Positions 8,765 through 16,686 of a stretch of DNA of 64,000 bases are shown here, one piece after another; positions within the stretch are counted from its first letter, which is position 1, and each line of letters starts with the position of its first letter. The notes under the pieces are model-generated. The model ran no database searches and was not told where the DNA came from. It was given only the letters and a program-made list of their open reading frames with translations. Both the position numbers and the translations under genes were made by a program. This stretch comes from Gemmatimonadales bacterium. GTDB taxonomy: Bacteria; Gemmatimonadota; Gemmatimonadetes; Gemmatimonadales; GWC2-71-9. The stretch spans positions 568-64,567 of the forward strand of contig DATMDQ010000016.1 of assembly GCA_035557715.1 (NCBI GenBank), in the 5' to 3' direction.

Positions 8765-9891
8765 TAGAGCAGCTTGACGATCCGCTCTCCCACGAAATAG
8801 CCGATCACGGCCACGCCCAGCCCGACCAGGAACATGTCCAGGCCACTCCGGAACACGCCGCGTCCGGTGAAGAAGCTGCGGGCGGCACCGACCCCGAAGT
8901 GGGAGATCATTGCCAGGGTGAACGAGGCCCAGATCGCCCACGGTCCGGTATCGAACAGGAAGGGGGCGACGGGGATGAACGCCCCGATGGCGGTGGCGGT
9001 CCCCGTGATCCAGGCTTCGCGCATCGGCGTGCTGGTCGCTTCACCGATCTTGAGCTCGTCCCGCACCTGCTCCTCCAGCGCCTTGGCCGGGTCCAGCATC
9101 ACCTGGGCAGCGATGGAATCGGCCTGCGTCGCCGGAATGCCCTTGGCCTGGTAAAGGAGGCTCAGCTCCTCCCGCTCGAGCTCCGGCATGAGCCTGATCT
9201 CCTCTTTCTCCATCGCAATCTCGTGCTCGAAGACCTCCCGCTCGCTTTTGGCCGCCAGGTAGCCCGAAGACCCCATGGACAGCGCGTCGGCGACCATTCC
9301 CGCCAGCCCGGCCACCACGACCGCGTGCTCCGCCGCCTGGAGATTTCCCTGGGCGCCGATCATCCCGGCCACCAAACCGAAGTTGGCGGTCAGTCCATCG
9401 TTGAAGCCGTAGACCAGGTTCCGGAGGAAGCCGCCGGCCCCCGTCTTGTGCCATGGCTCGCCCGAGGTCCCGCTCATCTGGGTCAGGGTTTCCGCGTGCT
9501 CTTTCGACTCCTTGGCCAGCCGGAGAGCGGTAGGCCCTACCGCCCCGTCGGGCTCGCTCTGGTACAGGTTCAGGTAGCCTTTGACCTCACGACCCTCCTC
9601 CTGGAGCAGCATCGGAAGAAGGACGCCGCTGCCCAGCCGGCGGGCCAGCCAGGCCCTGAACCGGGCTCCCCGGGTGGGCGAGGGCACCGCCAGGGCGTGT
9701 CCGTTCTCGGCCAGGAGCTTCCGCCACATCTCGACGTGACGATCTTCCACCGAGGCCAGCTTCCGGTAGATGTCCGCCTTCCCCGGGTCTCGCTCGGCCC
9801 GGGCCAGCTCCCGGTACAGGAAGGCTGCGTCGGCCTCATCCTCCAGGTGGTGGAGCCAGGTATGCGGGGGGGACGGGGGGGCTGAGGTCAT
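8764..9891 (-). CDS. VIT1/CCC1-family iron/manganese transporter with N-terminal ferritin-like domain
   Basis: N-terminal ferritin-like helix pair (FLYRELARAE...EDRHVEMW). C-terminal VIT1 motifs FNDGLTANFGLVAGM and membrane helices. Confidence 0.85.
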   Translation of the reverse strand: MTSAPPSPPHTWLHHLEDEADAAFLYRELARAERDPGKADIYRKLASVEDRHVEMWRKLLAENGHALAVPSPTRGARFRAWLARRLGSGVLLPMLLQEEGREVKGYLNLYQSEPDGAVGPTALRLAKESKEHAETLTQMSGTSGEPWHKTGAGGFLRNLVYGFNDGLTANFGLVAGMIGAQGNLQAAEHAVVVAGLAGMVADALSMGSSGYLAAKSEREVFEHEIAMEKEEIRLMPELEREELSLLYQAKGIPATQADSIAAQVMLDPAKALEEQVRDELKIGEATSTPMREAWITGTATAIGAFIPVAPFLFDTGPWAIWASFTLAMISHFGVGAARSFFTGRGVFRSGLDMFLVGLGVAVIGYFVGERIVKLL

Positions 9892-9905
9892 GAGGGGAAG
9901 ATAAA

Positions 9906-9989
9906 GGGGGAAGCGGTGAGCGGTGAGCGGTAAGCAGGGACCAGAGAAGAGAGCGAGTCATTGCGAGGTGGCCCCGCTCACCGCTTACC
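9906..9989. repeat. Inverted arrays of a tandem heptamer (GCGGTGA/GCGGTAA at 9906-9938; complement at 9971-9989)
   Basis: gggggaagcggtgagcggtgagcggtaagcaggg ... gccccgctcaccgcttacc. The arms are ~15/16 complementary. Located in the divergent region between VIT1 and the ECF sigma gene. Confidence 0.85.
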
Positions 9990-10040
9990 TTAAATAGACC
10001 CCCGCGACCGTCGGGCGGCCTCCCGCATCCTTAACGCACG

Positions 10041-10595
10041 ATGACTGGGACCCTGCTGATGGATTCCTCGCTGCTCGCTAATGCCGAAGCGGTCGTCGCT
10101 CGAGCCAGAGCGGGCGATACCGAGGCACTGGGCGAGCTGTATCGGGCGTTCGAGGTGCCGGTGTACAACCTGGCCCGCCGGATCTGCCGGACAACCGAGG
10201 ACGCCGAGGACGTGCTGCAGGAAACCTTCTTTGAGGTGTGCCGGAGCATCGGCCGCTACCGGGAAGAGGGTAGCTTGTGGGGCTGGATCCGGACCATCGC
10301 CGCCAGCAAGGCGCTCATGCGTCTCCGGCGCAACAAGTACCGCGAGACCGATGAGCTGCATGACGAAGCGGTAGGCCACAAGCGCGAAGAAACCCACCTC
10401 CGCATGGACCTCGAAGCCGCTCTCGAGCGGCTTTCGGAAACGTCCCGAGCCGTCGTCTGGCTCCACGACGTCGAAGGCTATACCCACGAAGAAATCGCCA
10501 ACATGATGGGCAAGACCCCAAGCTTTTCGAAGTCCCAGTTGTCGCGGGCCCACGCCCGGCTGCGCACCTGGCTCGGCGAGGAGATGATTCCATGA
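10041..10595 (+). CDS. ECF-type RNA polymerase sigma-70 factor
   Basis: Region 2 (DAEDVLQETFFEV...WGWIRTIAASKAL) and region 4 (EGYTHEEIANMMGKTPSFSKSQLSRAHARLR). 4-nt overlap with the downstream anti-sigma gene. Confidence 0.9.
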   Translation: MTGTLLMDSSLLANAEAVVARARAGDTEALGELYRAFEVPVYNLARRICRTTEDAEDVLQETFFEVCRSIGRYREEGSLWGWIRTIAASKALMRLRRNKYRETDELHDEAVGHKREETHLRMDLEAALERLSETSRAVVWLHDVEGYTHEEIANMMGKTPSFSKSQLSRAHARLRTWLGEEMIP

Positions 10596-11191
10596 CTCAT
10601 TTGACAATGGAGGCCCTTGTCGGCCTGCGGGAGCCGGGGACTGAGCCTGGCCAGGCCGCGGCGCGCGAACACCTTAACCAGTGCGCGCATTGTCAGGCCG
10701 AGCTGCAGCGGCTGCACCAGCGGGTGGCCCGGCTGAAGGCGCTCCCCACCCTCCGGCCAAGCCGCGACCGCTGGCCCGAGACCAAGGCCCGGTTCACTGC
10801 CGACCGCCGTCGCCGGCGTACCCGGGTGGCGGGCCTGGGTGGCCTGGCCCTGGCGGCCTCGGTCGCGCTCGCCATTGCGGTGGGCGATCTCGCTCAACCC
10901 CCCGATCCAACTCCCGAACAGCTCAGCCAGGCCATGGAGCGGTCCCACCTGCTCGAAAGCGCCATCAGCGAGTACAACCCGGCCGGTCGAGTGCTGGACG
11001 GCCGGACTGCCCGGATCGCGGGAGAGCTGGAGGATCGTATCGCGCGGGTCGATCGCCAGCTCGAAGCCACCGAGCTGCTCCGGCAACAGCCCGACGATCG
11101 CGACCTGCTGAAGCTCTGGCGGGAGCGGGTTGGACTGCTCGACGCGCTGGTCGATGTGCATGTGACTCGTGCCAGCAACGCAGGGCTCTAG
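10592..11191 (+). CDS. Anti-sigma factor (zf-HC2 type), single-pass membrane protein
   Basis: N-terminal H..(3)C..C motif (HLNQCAHCQAEL). Central TM segment (VAGLGGLALAASVALAIAV). Translationally coupled to the ECF sigma gene. Confidence 0.75.
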   Translation: MTHLTMEALVGLREPGTEPGQAAAREHLNQCAHCQAELQRLHQRVARLKALPTLRPSRDRWPETKARFTADRRRRRTRVAGLGGLALAASVALAIAVGDLAQPPDPTPEQLSQAMERSHLLESAISEYNPAGRVLDGRTARIAGELEDRIARVDRQLEATELLRQQPDDRDLLKLWRERVGLLDALVDVHVTRASNAGL

Positions 11192-11207
11192 CTCGAGGAG
11201 TACCGGT

Positions 11208-12080
11208 ATGTCCCGATCATCCTTTGTCGCAGCGGCCCTCGCACTCGCGGGCACCACACCGCTCCCGGTCTCCCTGATCGCTCAGGAGCCCGTCCGTCCC
11301 AGTGACCCCAGGGTCGAGGTTCGGGGCCGGGGCCCCGAGCGGGCGATGCAGTTTCTCATGGGCCGGCGCGCCCGGCTCGGTCTCAAGGTCAACCTCAGGG
11401 CGCGGGAAACCGATTCCGTCGGTGCCTACGTCGACGCCGTCACCCCGAACGGCCCCGCGGCAAATGCCGGGATCCGCTCGGGCGACGTGATCGTCCGGGT
11501 GGACAACAAGTCGGTGCTGACCGGAGAGGCGGCCTCCCGTGACGACCGGGAGTCGCTGCCCGGCCTTCGCTTGATCGAGCTTGCCGCCGCCCTAGAGCCC
11601 AACGACACCGTTCCGGTCGAGTTCCGCCGAGGCAAGGAGAAGAAGACCGTCACCGTGGTCACCGCTGACGAGCCGACCATCGTGTTCCGCGGACAGCCGG
11701 GGGCGGCGGCCTTCGACTTCCGCTACCCCGCCGAGGGACGCGGCATCTCGCCTAACGGCGAGGATGTGTTCATAGGGCGGTCCTTCCTGTACGGGTCGCC
11801 GCTTGCCAACCTCGAGCTGGCTCCCCTCAATCCGGATCTGGGCCAATACTTCGGGACCACGGCCGGGGTCCTGGTCATCAGCGTACCCCGGGACGTCCAG
11901 CTGGGGCTCAAGGGGGGAGACGTGGTGCTGGCGGTAGACGGCCGCAAGCCAGAGAGCCCTTCGCATCTCCTTCGGATCTTGCGCAGCTACGGGGATTCCG
12001 AGACCTTCAAGCTCGACGTCCTCCGCAACCGGAAGCGCGTGGCCGTCGAGGGCCGGCTGGGAGCACCCTCCGCCGACTGA
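11208..12080 (+). CDS. Secreted PDZ domain-containing protein
   Basis: ATG at 11208 follows GAGGAG. Signal peptide present. Two PDZ-like blocks (GAYVDAVTPNGPAANAGIRSGDVIVRVDN; GVLVISVPRDVQLGLKGGDVVLAVDG). Confidence 0.7.
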   Translation: MSRSSFVAAALALAGTTPLPVSLIAQEPVRPSDPRVEVRGRGPERAMQFLMGRRARLGLKVNLRARETDSVGAYVDAVTPNGPAANAGIRSGDVIVRVDNKSVLTGEAASRDDRESLPGLRLIELAAALEPNDTVPVEFRRGKEKKTVTVVTADEPTIVFRGQPGAAAFDFRYPAEGRGISPNGEDVFIGRSFLYGSPLANLELAPLNPDLGQYFGTTAGVLVISVPRDVQLGLKGGDVVLAVDGRKPESPSHLLRILRSYGDSETFKLDVLRNRKRVAVEGRLGAPSAD

Positions 12081-12155
12081 TCACCATTGTGCTCCCGCTC
12101 ACAGATGCCGGAAGCCCGCGTGTGTATATCTCCGGTTCACCTTGGGGAGGCAACT

Positions 12156-12425
12156 ATGGGTTTCCTGTGGACCTTGATTATCGGATTGGTAGTTGGGGCG
12201 ATTGCCAAGCTGTTGATGCCAGGAAAGGATCCGGGCGGCATTATCGTCACCATGTTGATCGGTGTCGCTGGCGCCCTGTTGGCGGGATTCATCGGCCGGG
12301 CACTCGGTTGGTACTCTGATCCGGGGGCGGGTCCTGGGATCATCGCCTCGATCGTCGGTGCGATCCTCCTGCTGTTACTGTACCGGCTGTTCACGGGTCG
12401 CCGGGGGACCACCACGGTTCCGTAA
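12156..12425 (+). CDS. GlsB/YeaQ/YmgE-family transglycosylase-associated small membrane protein
   Basis: MGFLWTLIIGLVVGAIAKLLMPGKDPGGIIVTMLIGVAGALLAGFIG is the typical family sequence. ATG follows GGGGAGG. Confidence 0.85.
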   Translation: MGFLWTLIIGLVVGAIAKLLMPGKDPGGIIVTMLIGVAGALLAGFIGRALGWYSDPGAGPGIIASIVGAILLLLLYRLFTGRRGTTTVP

Positions 12426-12448
12426 GCGAAAAGTCGGGAAGACGGGAA

Positions 12449-12485
12449 GGGCGGGAAAGAGGTGGGATTCTCTTCCCGCCCTTTT
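12449..12485 (+). terminator. Intrinsic terminator after the glsB-like gene (between convergent genes)
   Basis: Stem GGGCGGGAAAGAG (12449-12461) / CTCTTCCCGCCC (12470-12481, one bulge), 8-nt loop, then TTTT (12482-12485). Confidence 0.55.
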
Positions 12486-12497
12486 CGTGTCCTTCCC

Positions 12498-14240
12498 TTA
12501 CCGCCCCACGGCCTTCAGGCCCGCCCTTCCCGTCCTTCCAGCCTTTCCCGCCTTTCCCGGATGCACCTGCCGCGCCAGCTCCCCGAACATCGCAAAATCG
12601 AGACTCTGGGCCCCGTCGCTCATGGCTGCGGCCGGGTTGGGATGCACCTCCACGATCAGCCCGCAAGCGCCAGCCGCCAGCGCTCCCAGACTGAGCGGAA
12701 TGACGATCGAGCGTATCCCTGCCGCATGGCTGGGGTCGACGATCACGGGCAGGTGGGTCCGCTCGCGAACCAGGGCGACCGCGTTCAGGTCGAGGGTGTG
12801 CCGGGTAGCCCGCTCGAAGGTTCGGATGCCCCGCTCGCACAGTACGACGTTGGGATTGCCTTCGGCCAGGACGTATTCGGCTGCCCCCAGCCATTCCTCG
12901 AAGGTCGCACCCGCACCCCGTTTGAGCAGCACCGGCTTGCCGCTCCGGCTGGCCGCCCGAAGCAGGCTGAAGTTCTGCATGTTGCGGGCGCCGATCTGGA
13001 GCATGTCGGCAAAATGCGCGACCACCGGGACTTCTTCCCAGCTCAACACCTCAGTGACGATCGGTAGCCCGGTCTTGTCCCGGGCGTCGGCCAGGTACCG
13101 GAGTCCTTTGACGCCGAGCCCCTGAAAATCGTAGGGCGACGTTCGAGGCTTGTACGCGCCTCCTCGGAGCATGTCGGCTCCGGCCTGCGCCACCGCCACC
13201 GCCGTCTCGAGGATCATCTCCTCGCTTTCCACCGAGCAGGGCCCGGCGATCAAAACCGGTTCGCCCCCGCCGAATCTCAGGCCCCGAACCTGCACCACCG
13301 TCCCCTCCGGATTCCGGCGGCGGTCCACCAGGGGAACGGAAGGCTTCTCCACCCGGTGGGCCGGTGGCGGCACCGGAGCCGAGAGGCGGGAGCCTTCGGT
13401 CCAGGCCTCGTAGCTCCCCAGCACGATAAGCTTGGCGGCCAGGGCCTCGATCTCCTCCAGGGCCTCCGAGACCCGCGGGTCCTGGGCAGAGCCCTCCACG
13501 TCTACATAGAACCGGTAGGTCCAGGGAGCCGAGCGCTCAGGCCGCGACTGAAGCGCCATCAGGTTGACCCCCCTGGCTCCGAACGCCTGGAGCGTCAGGG
13601 CAAGCATGCCGGGCTTGTGGTCAACCAGGACGATGAGCGAGGTCTTGTACCGGCTCGCCCCGGGTGTCCGGAAGGAGTCGGCGACGTCGGCGCGGGTGAA
13701 GGTGAGAAAGCGGGTCTGATTGGTGGGGTCGTCCTCGATCCGCTCGGCCAGGGCCGCGAGGCCGTGGGCGTCGGCGGCCGGTCTCGCGGCGATAGCAGCC
13801 CAGGCCGGGTTCTTCTCCTGCGCCACTATTTCGGCGCTCCCCGCTGTATCCCAGGCACTGACCAGCTCGGCATCGGGAAGGTGCTCCGATAGCCAGATCC
13901 GGCACTGGCCCAGCGCCACCGGATGGGAGAGGACCCGGCGGATCCCGGAGAGCGGCGCTCCCGGCAGCGCCATGATGGTGTGGTGGACCGGATGGAGGAT
14001 CTCATGCGTCAGGTGGAGCGTGCCGTCGCCGAACGCCTCGTGGAGCAGATCGTAGGTGGTTGTGACCGACCCGATGAGGGAGTTCTCGATCGGTAGACAG
14101 CCGGCCTCGGCGCGGCCCTCGCGAACTGCCGCCACCACGTCCTTCACGTCACGGCAGGGCAGGGCTTCCAGGTCCGGCCAGCGGCGCCGGGCCGCGGCTT
14201 CACTGAAGGATCCGTGAGAACCCTGAATGGCTACACGCAT
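12498..14240 (-). CDS. Fusion protein: prephenate dehydratase (with ACT domain) + type I-beta 3-deoxy-7-phosphoheptulonate (DAHP) synthase
   Basis: Start ATG at 14240 (MRVAIQGSHGSFSE...). PDT catalytic and ACT domains (KTSLIVLVDHKPGML...YRFYVDVEG). DAHPS barrel (VLIAGPCSVESEE...GGAYKPRTSPYDFQGLG...KRG...DPSHA). The C-terminal GKAGKAGRTGRAG tail is encoded by a repeat array. Confidence 0.9.
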   Translation of the reverse strand: MRVAIQGSHGSFSEAAARRRWPDLEALPCRDVKDVVAAVREGRAEAGCLPIENSLIGSVTTTYDLLHEAFGDGTLHLTHEILHPVHHTIMALPGAPLSGIRRVLSHPVALGQCRIWLSEHLPDAELVSAWDTAGSAEIVAQEKNPAWAAIAARPAADAHGLAALAERIEDDPTNQTRFLTFTRADVADSFRTPGASRYKTSLIVLVDHKPGMLALTLQAFGARGVNLMALQSRPERSAPWTYRFYVDVEGSAQDPRVSEALEEIEALAAKLIVLGSYEAWTEGSRLSAPVPPPAHRVEKPSVPLVDRRRNPEGTVVQVRGLRFGGGEPVLIAGPCSVESEEMILETAVAVAQAGADMLRGGAYKPRTSPYDFQGLGVKGLRYLADARDKTGLPIVTEVLSWEEVPVVAHFADMLQIGARNMQNFSLLRAASRSGKPVLLKRGAGATFEEWLGAAEYVLAEGNPNVVLCERGIRTFERATRHTLDLNAVALVRERTHLPVIVDPSHAAGIRSIVIPLSLGALAAGACGLIVEVHPNPAAAMSDGAQSLDFAMFGELARQVHPGKAGKAGRTGRAGLKAVGR

Positions 14241-14260
14241 GAGGGAAACTCCGAAGTGAG

Positions 14261-14296
14261 AAAAGAAAAAAGCCCCGCCGATAGAGTCGGCGGGGC
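14261..14296 (-). terminator. Intrinsic terminator-like hairpin in the 5' leader of the PDT-DAHPS gene (candidate attenuator)
   Basis: Minus strand: GCCCCGCCGA-CUCUA-UCGGCGGGGC (perfect 10-bp stem, 14272-14296) followed by UUUUUUCUUUU (14261-14271). It ends ~20 nt before the ATG at 14240. No upstream same-strand gene is available for it to terminate. Confidence 0.6.
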
Positions 14297-14319
14297 GTCG
14301 ATCGTCCGGGCGGAAAGCG

Positions 14320-14403
14320 CTAACGCACTCTACCGGCACCGGGCGGGCATCGAGCCTCGCCGGCGTTGGTAAAGAGGAACCAGTAACTGCGCACGGACAT
14401 CAT
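14320..14403 (-). CDS. Putative leader peptide M(M)SVRSYWFLFTNAGEARCPPGAGRVR
   Basis: Minus-strand ATG(ATG) at 14403/14400, stop TAG at 14320-14322. Codons 6-10 are Tyr-Trp-Phe-Leu-Phe. It lies directly upstream of the terminator hairpin. No obvious Shine-Dalgarno sequence. Confidence 0.4.
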   Translation of the reverse strand: MMSVRSYWFLFTNAGEARCPPGAGRVR

Positions 14404-15439
14404 GGAGCGAACCTACGGCTCAGCGCGGAGGGTTGTCAAGGGCATGAGAGCTTATCTTTTGCGGATGCCCCGCCGTTGCGTACCATGTCTTCCAGCCCTC
14501 CTGCTGGGGTTGGCGCTGGCCATCCCAGGGCCCGCTCAGGCCCAGGGGCTGCCCGAGTTTGGACCGCTCAACCCTGTGGCCAGCTCGCGCAGCGGGCTCT
14601 ACTTCCACCCGTTCCGCGAACCCGGGCCGGGGCGTTGGCGCCCCGCGGTCGCATTGGATTACGCCAGCCTCATCGAGTACAACCGGCTGGACCAGGCTGA
14701 CTACGTCCTGGACTCCGAGGTTCTCCGGCTGAGCTTCGGGGTCAGTCGGGATCTAGGGCGGCGGACCTTCCTGGCCCTGAGCGCATCGGTGGGCGGTGCC
14801 TATGCCGGATTCCTGGACGGTTTTCTCGACTGGTACCACGCCAGGCTGGGCTTCAGGATGAGCGAGCGGGACGACAGGCCCCAGGACCAGTTCCTTTACT
14901 CTATCGTCCTGCCTGACGGACGAACCGTCAACCGGACCAGACCGGACCTCTTTCTGGGCGATGTTCGGGCGGGGCTTGGGATCCGGCTCAATTCGCATCT
15001 CCAGACTGTTTTCTCGATCACGCTCCCCACGTCAACCGGGCCTGAGGGGTATGGGCGCGGGGTTCCTTCGGCGGCAATCCTGAACACGCTGAAGACTCAG
15101 CTGTCTCCTCGGCTGATCTACGAGGGTAGTGTCGGTTTGGGGGTCACCCCGACGCACGGCCGCATGGCCGATCTTCAGAAGACCGTAATGCTGGCGGTCA
15201 GCTCGGGCCTGAGGCATCGCCTCTGGGGCAACCAGTCGCTCTACGGGAATCTGTTTTATCATTCTCCGTACTACCACGACACCACGCTTCCGGCTCTTGA
15301 CCGGCGGGAGCTGTCGCTGGACTTCGGCTGGACCCTGCAGACGCAGGGTGGGGGAGAGTGGCGGGTTGGGATGACGGAAGACCTCGAGCCCGGAGGGCCG
15401 GGGGTGGATCTGATCTTCAGGCTGGGAAGGACATTCTAG
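14402..15439 (+). CDS. Hypothetical secreted / outer-membrane-like protein
   Basis: Signal peptide (LPALLLGLALAIPGPAQAQ). Alternating beta-strand-like pattern and a C-terminal aromatic residue (RLGRTF). The start may be 14444 or 14465 rather than 14402. Family not recognised with confidence. Confidence 0.6.
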   Translation: MERTYGSARRVVKGMRAYLLRMPRRCVPCLPALLLGLALAIPGPAQAQGLPEFGPLNPVASSRSGLYFHPFREPGPGRWRPAVALDYASLIEYNRLDQADYVLDSEVLRLSFGVSRDLGRRTFLALSASVGGAYAGFLDGFLDWYHARLGFRMSERDDRPQDQFLYSIVLPDGRTVNRTRPDLFLGDVRAGLGIRLNSHLQTVFSITLPTSTGPEGYGRGVPSAAILNTLKTQLSPRLIYEGSVGLGVTPTHGRMADLQKTVMLAVSSGLRHRLWGNQSLYGNLFYHSPYYHDTTLPALDRRELSLDFGWTLQTQGGGEWRVGMTEDLEPGGPGVDLIFRLGRTF

Positions 15440-15681
15440 GAATCGACTTTCGGCGCCGCGAAGAGAAACTGTTCCATGTTGTTGAACAGAAACTCCTTCG
15501 CCTTCGGCTCCCGCAAGTTCAAGCCGTAGTGGTTGATAAGCTGCTGCTGGGTCTTGAGCCATTCACCCCAGCACACTCCGCAAATCTCCTGGAAGGCACG
15601 CCGTCCCAGGTCGTTTTGAAACGGCTGGAAGGCCATCCGTTCCCGGTCCAGCCCGCAACGAGTGCAGTGCAGTGTGCTCAT
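15436..15681 (-). CDS. yggX: Fe(2+)-trafficking / oxidative damage protection protein YggX
   Basis: CTRCG...PFQNDLGRRAFQEICGVCWGEWLKTQQQLINHYGLNLREPKAKEFL closely follows the YggX family pattern. Confidence 0.85.
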   Translation of the reverse strand: MSTLHCTRCGLDRERMAFQPFQNDLGRRAFQEICGVCWGEWLKTQQQLINHYGLNLREPKAKEFLFNNMEQFLFAAPKVDS

Positions 15682-15753
15682 TGGGGCAAGATAGACCTCT
15701 CCCGGAATGTGATCCAGTCTATCGAAGGATCTTGAAGCAACCGTTAGACTGGT

Positions 15754-16035
15754 TCAGGGAGCGAGGCGGCGGTGGTCTCCATTATGATGTCGAAGCATCC
15801 GAGAGCCGCTCGCAGTTCCCAGTCCAGTTCCAATGCCGAACACAACTGCCGTGGGAAGCGTTACAAGTGGCAGAAGAACGGCAGGCCAGGCCAGTACGGC
15901 CGCCACAGTACCCGCCACGATGGGGGCCACCGGGGAGTGGACAGCGTCCACAAACCGGAGCCGGCGGAAGACGAAATTGCGGGCCAGGATGAAGCCTAGG
16001 GCCCCGGCAGCCAACGTGATAATGATTTGCAGCAT
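15754..16035 (-). CDS. Hypothetical small membrane protein
   Basis: 93-aa ORF with three hydrophobic helices. No recognised family. Confidence 0.5.
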   Translation of the reverse strand: MLQIIITLAAGALGFILARNFVFRRLRFVDAVHSPVAPIVAGTVAAVLAWPAVLLPLVTLPTAVVFGIGTGLGTASGSRMLRHHNGDHRRLAP

Positions 16036-16201
16036 ATAGAGTTCCGGATATGAGGGTTGCGCTCCGTTACAGTACGAAACGTTGAGACGAAAGATTCAGG
16101 TTTCCCTGCCAATTCGGGCACCGGACTTTGTGGTATGCGAATCGCGGGCAGAACTACCAATCGTATCCTTGCCTAAGGTCTCTCAGGGAAGGAGCCAAAC
16201 G

Positions 16202-16636
16202 ATGCCTAGACAACATCCGACGGTGCAGGTGCCAAACATCGGCCCTATGGACCACGCGTGGGATTTGCTCGGCGAGTGGCAGGCTGAGTTCGAGCTGCCC
16301 GAGACTGAGTCGCCGGTGCACGGCAAGGTGACGTTCCGGTCATGGACCGATGCCGAGCTGCAGCTTGACCCCATCGAGGCGGCTATCGCGGGGATTCCGT
16401 CGAGCGTGCCGCTCGAGCGGGCCAGCGAGATCCATCTCACCGATGCGGGCGGAGGCGCGCTCCAATGGGTGCTGCACGCGCCCTCCACCAACTGGTCGCT
16501 TCAAGCGACGCTCTGGCCCGGCTCGCTCCACCTGTTCGTCCATGACGCGGACGACGACGAGGAGCAGCTCTACCGGGCCCGCGCGACCCGGGATCAGGAT
16601 TACTACCTAAGGAAGTACCCGCTCGACAACCGCTGA
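16202..16636 (+). CDS. Hypothetical protein
   Basis: ATG at 16202 is preceded by GGAAGGAGC. A strong intrinsic terminator follows the stop. No recognised family. Confidence 0.55.
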   Translation: MPRQHPTVQVPNIGPMDHAWDLLGEWQAEFELPETESPVHGKVTFRSWTDAELQLDPIEAAIAGIPSSVPLERASEIHLTDAGGGALQWVLHAPSTNWSLQATLWPGSLHLFVHDADDDEEQLYRARATRDQDYYLRKYPLDNR

Positions 16637-16650
16637 GTTTCCTGCGATCG

Positions 16651-16686
16651 ACGCCCGTCGGCATTTCGCCGACGGGCGTTTTGCTT
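16651..16686 (+). terminator. Rho-independent terminator
   Basis: Perfect 12-bp stem ACGCCCGTCGGC (16651-16662) / GCCGACGGGCGT (16668-16679), 5-nt loop, then TTTGCTT. Confidence 0.8.

Noticed and set aside
14241-14339. In-frame upstream extension of the PDT-DAHPS ORF containing FFFSHF, considered as a Phe-rich leader
   Set aside because: The Phe codons are simply the translated U-tract of the terminator hairpin. PDT homology starts at MRVAIQG (14240), which has its own GGAG. The separate upstream SYWFLF mini-ORF is the better leader candidate.
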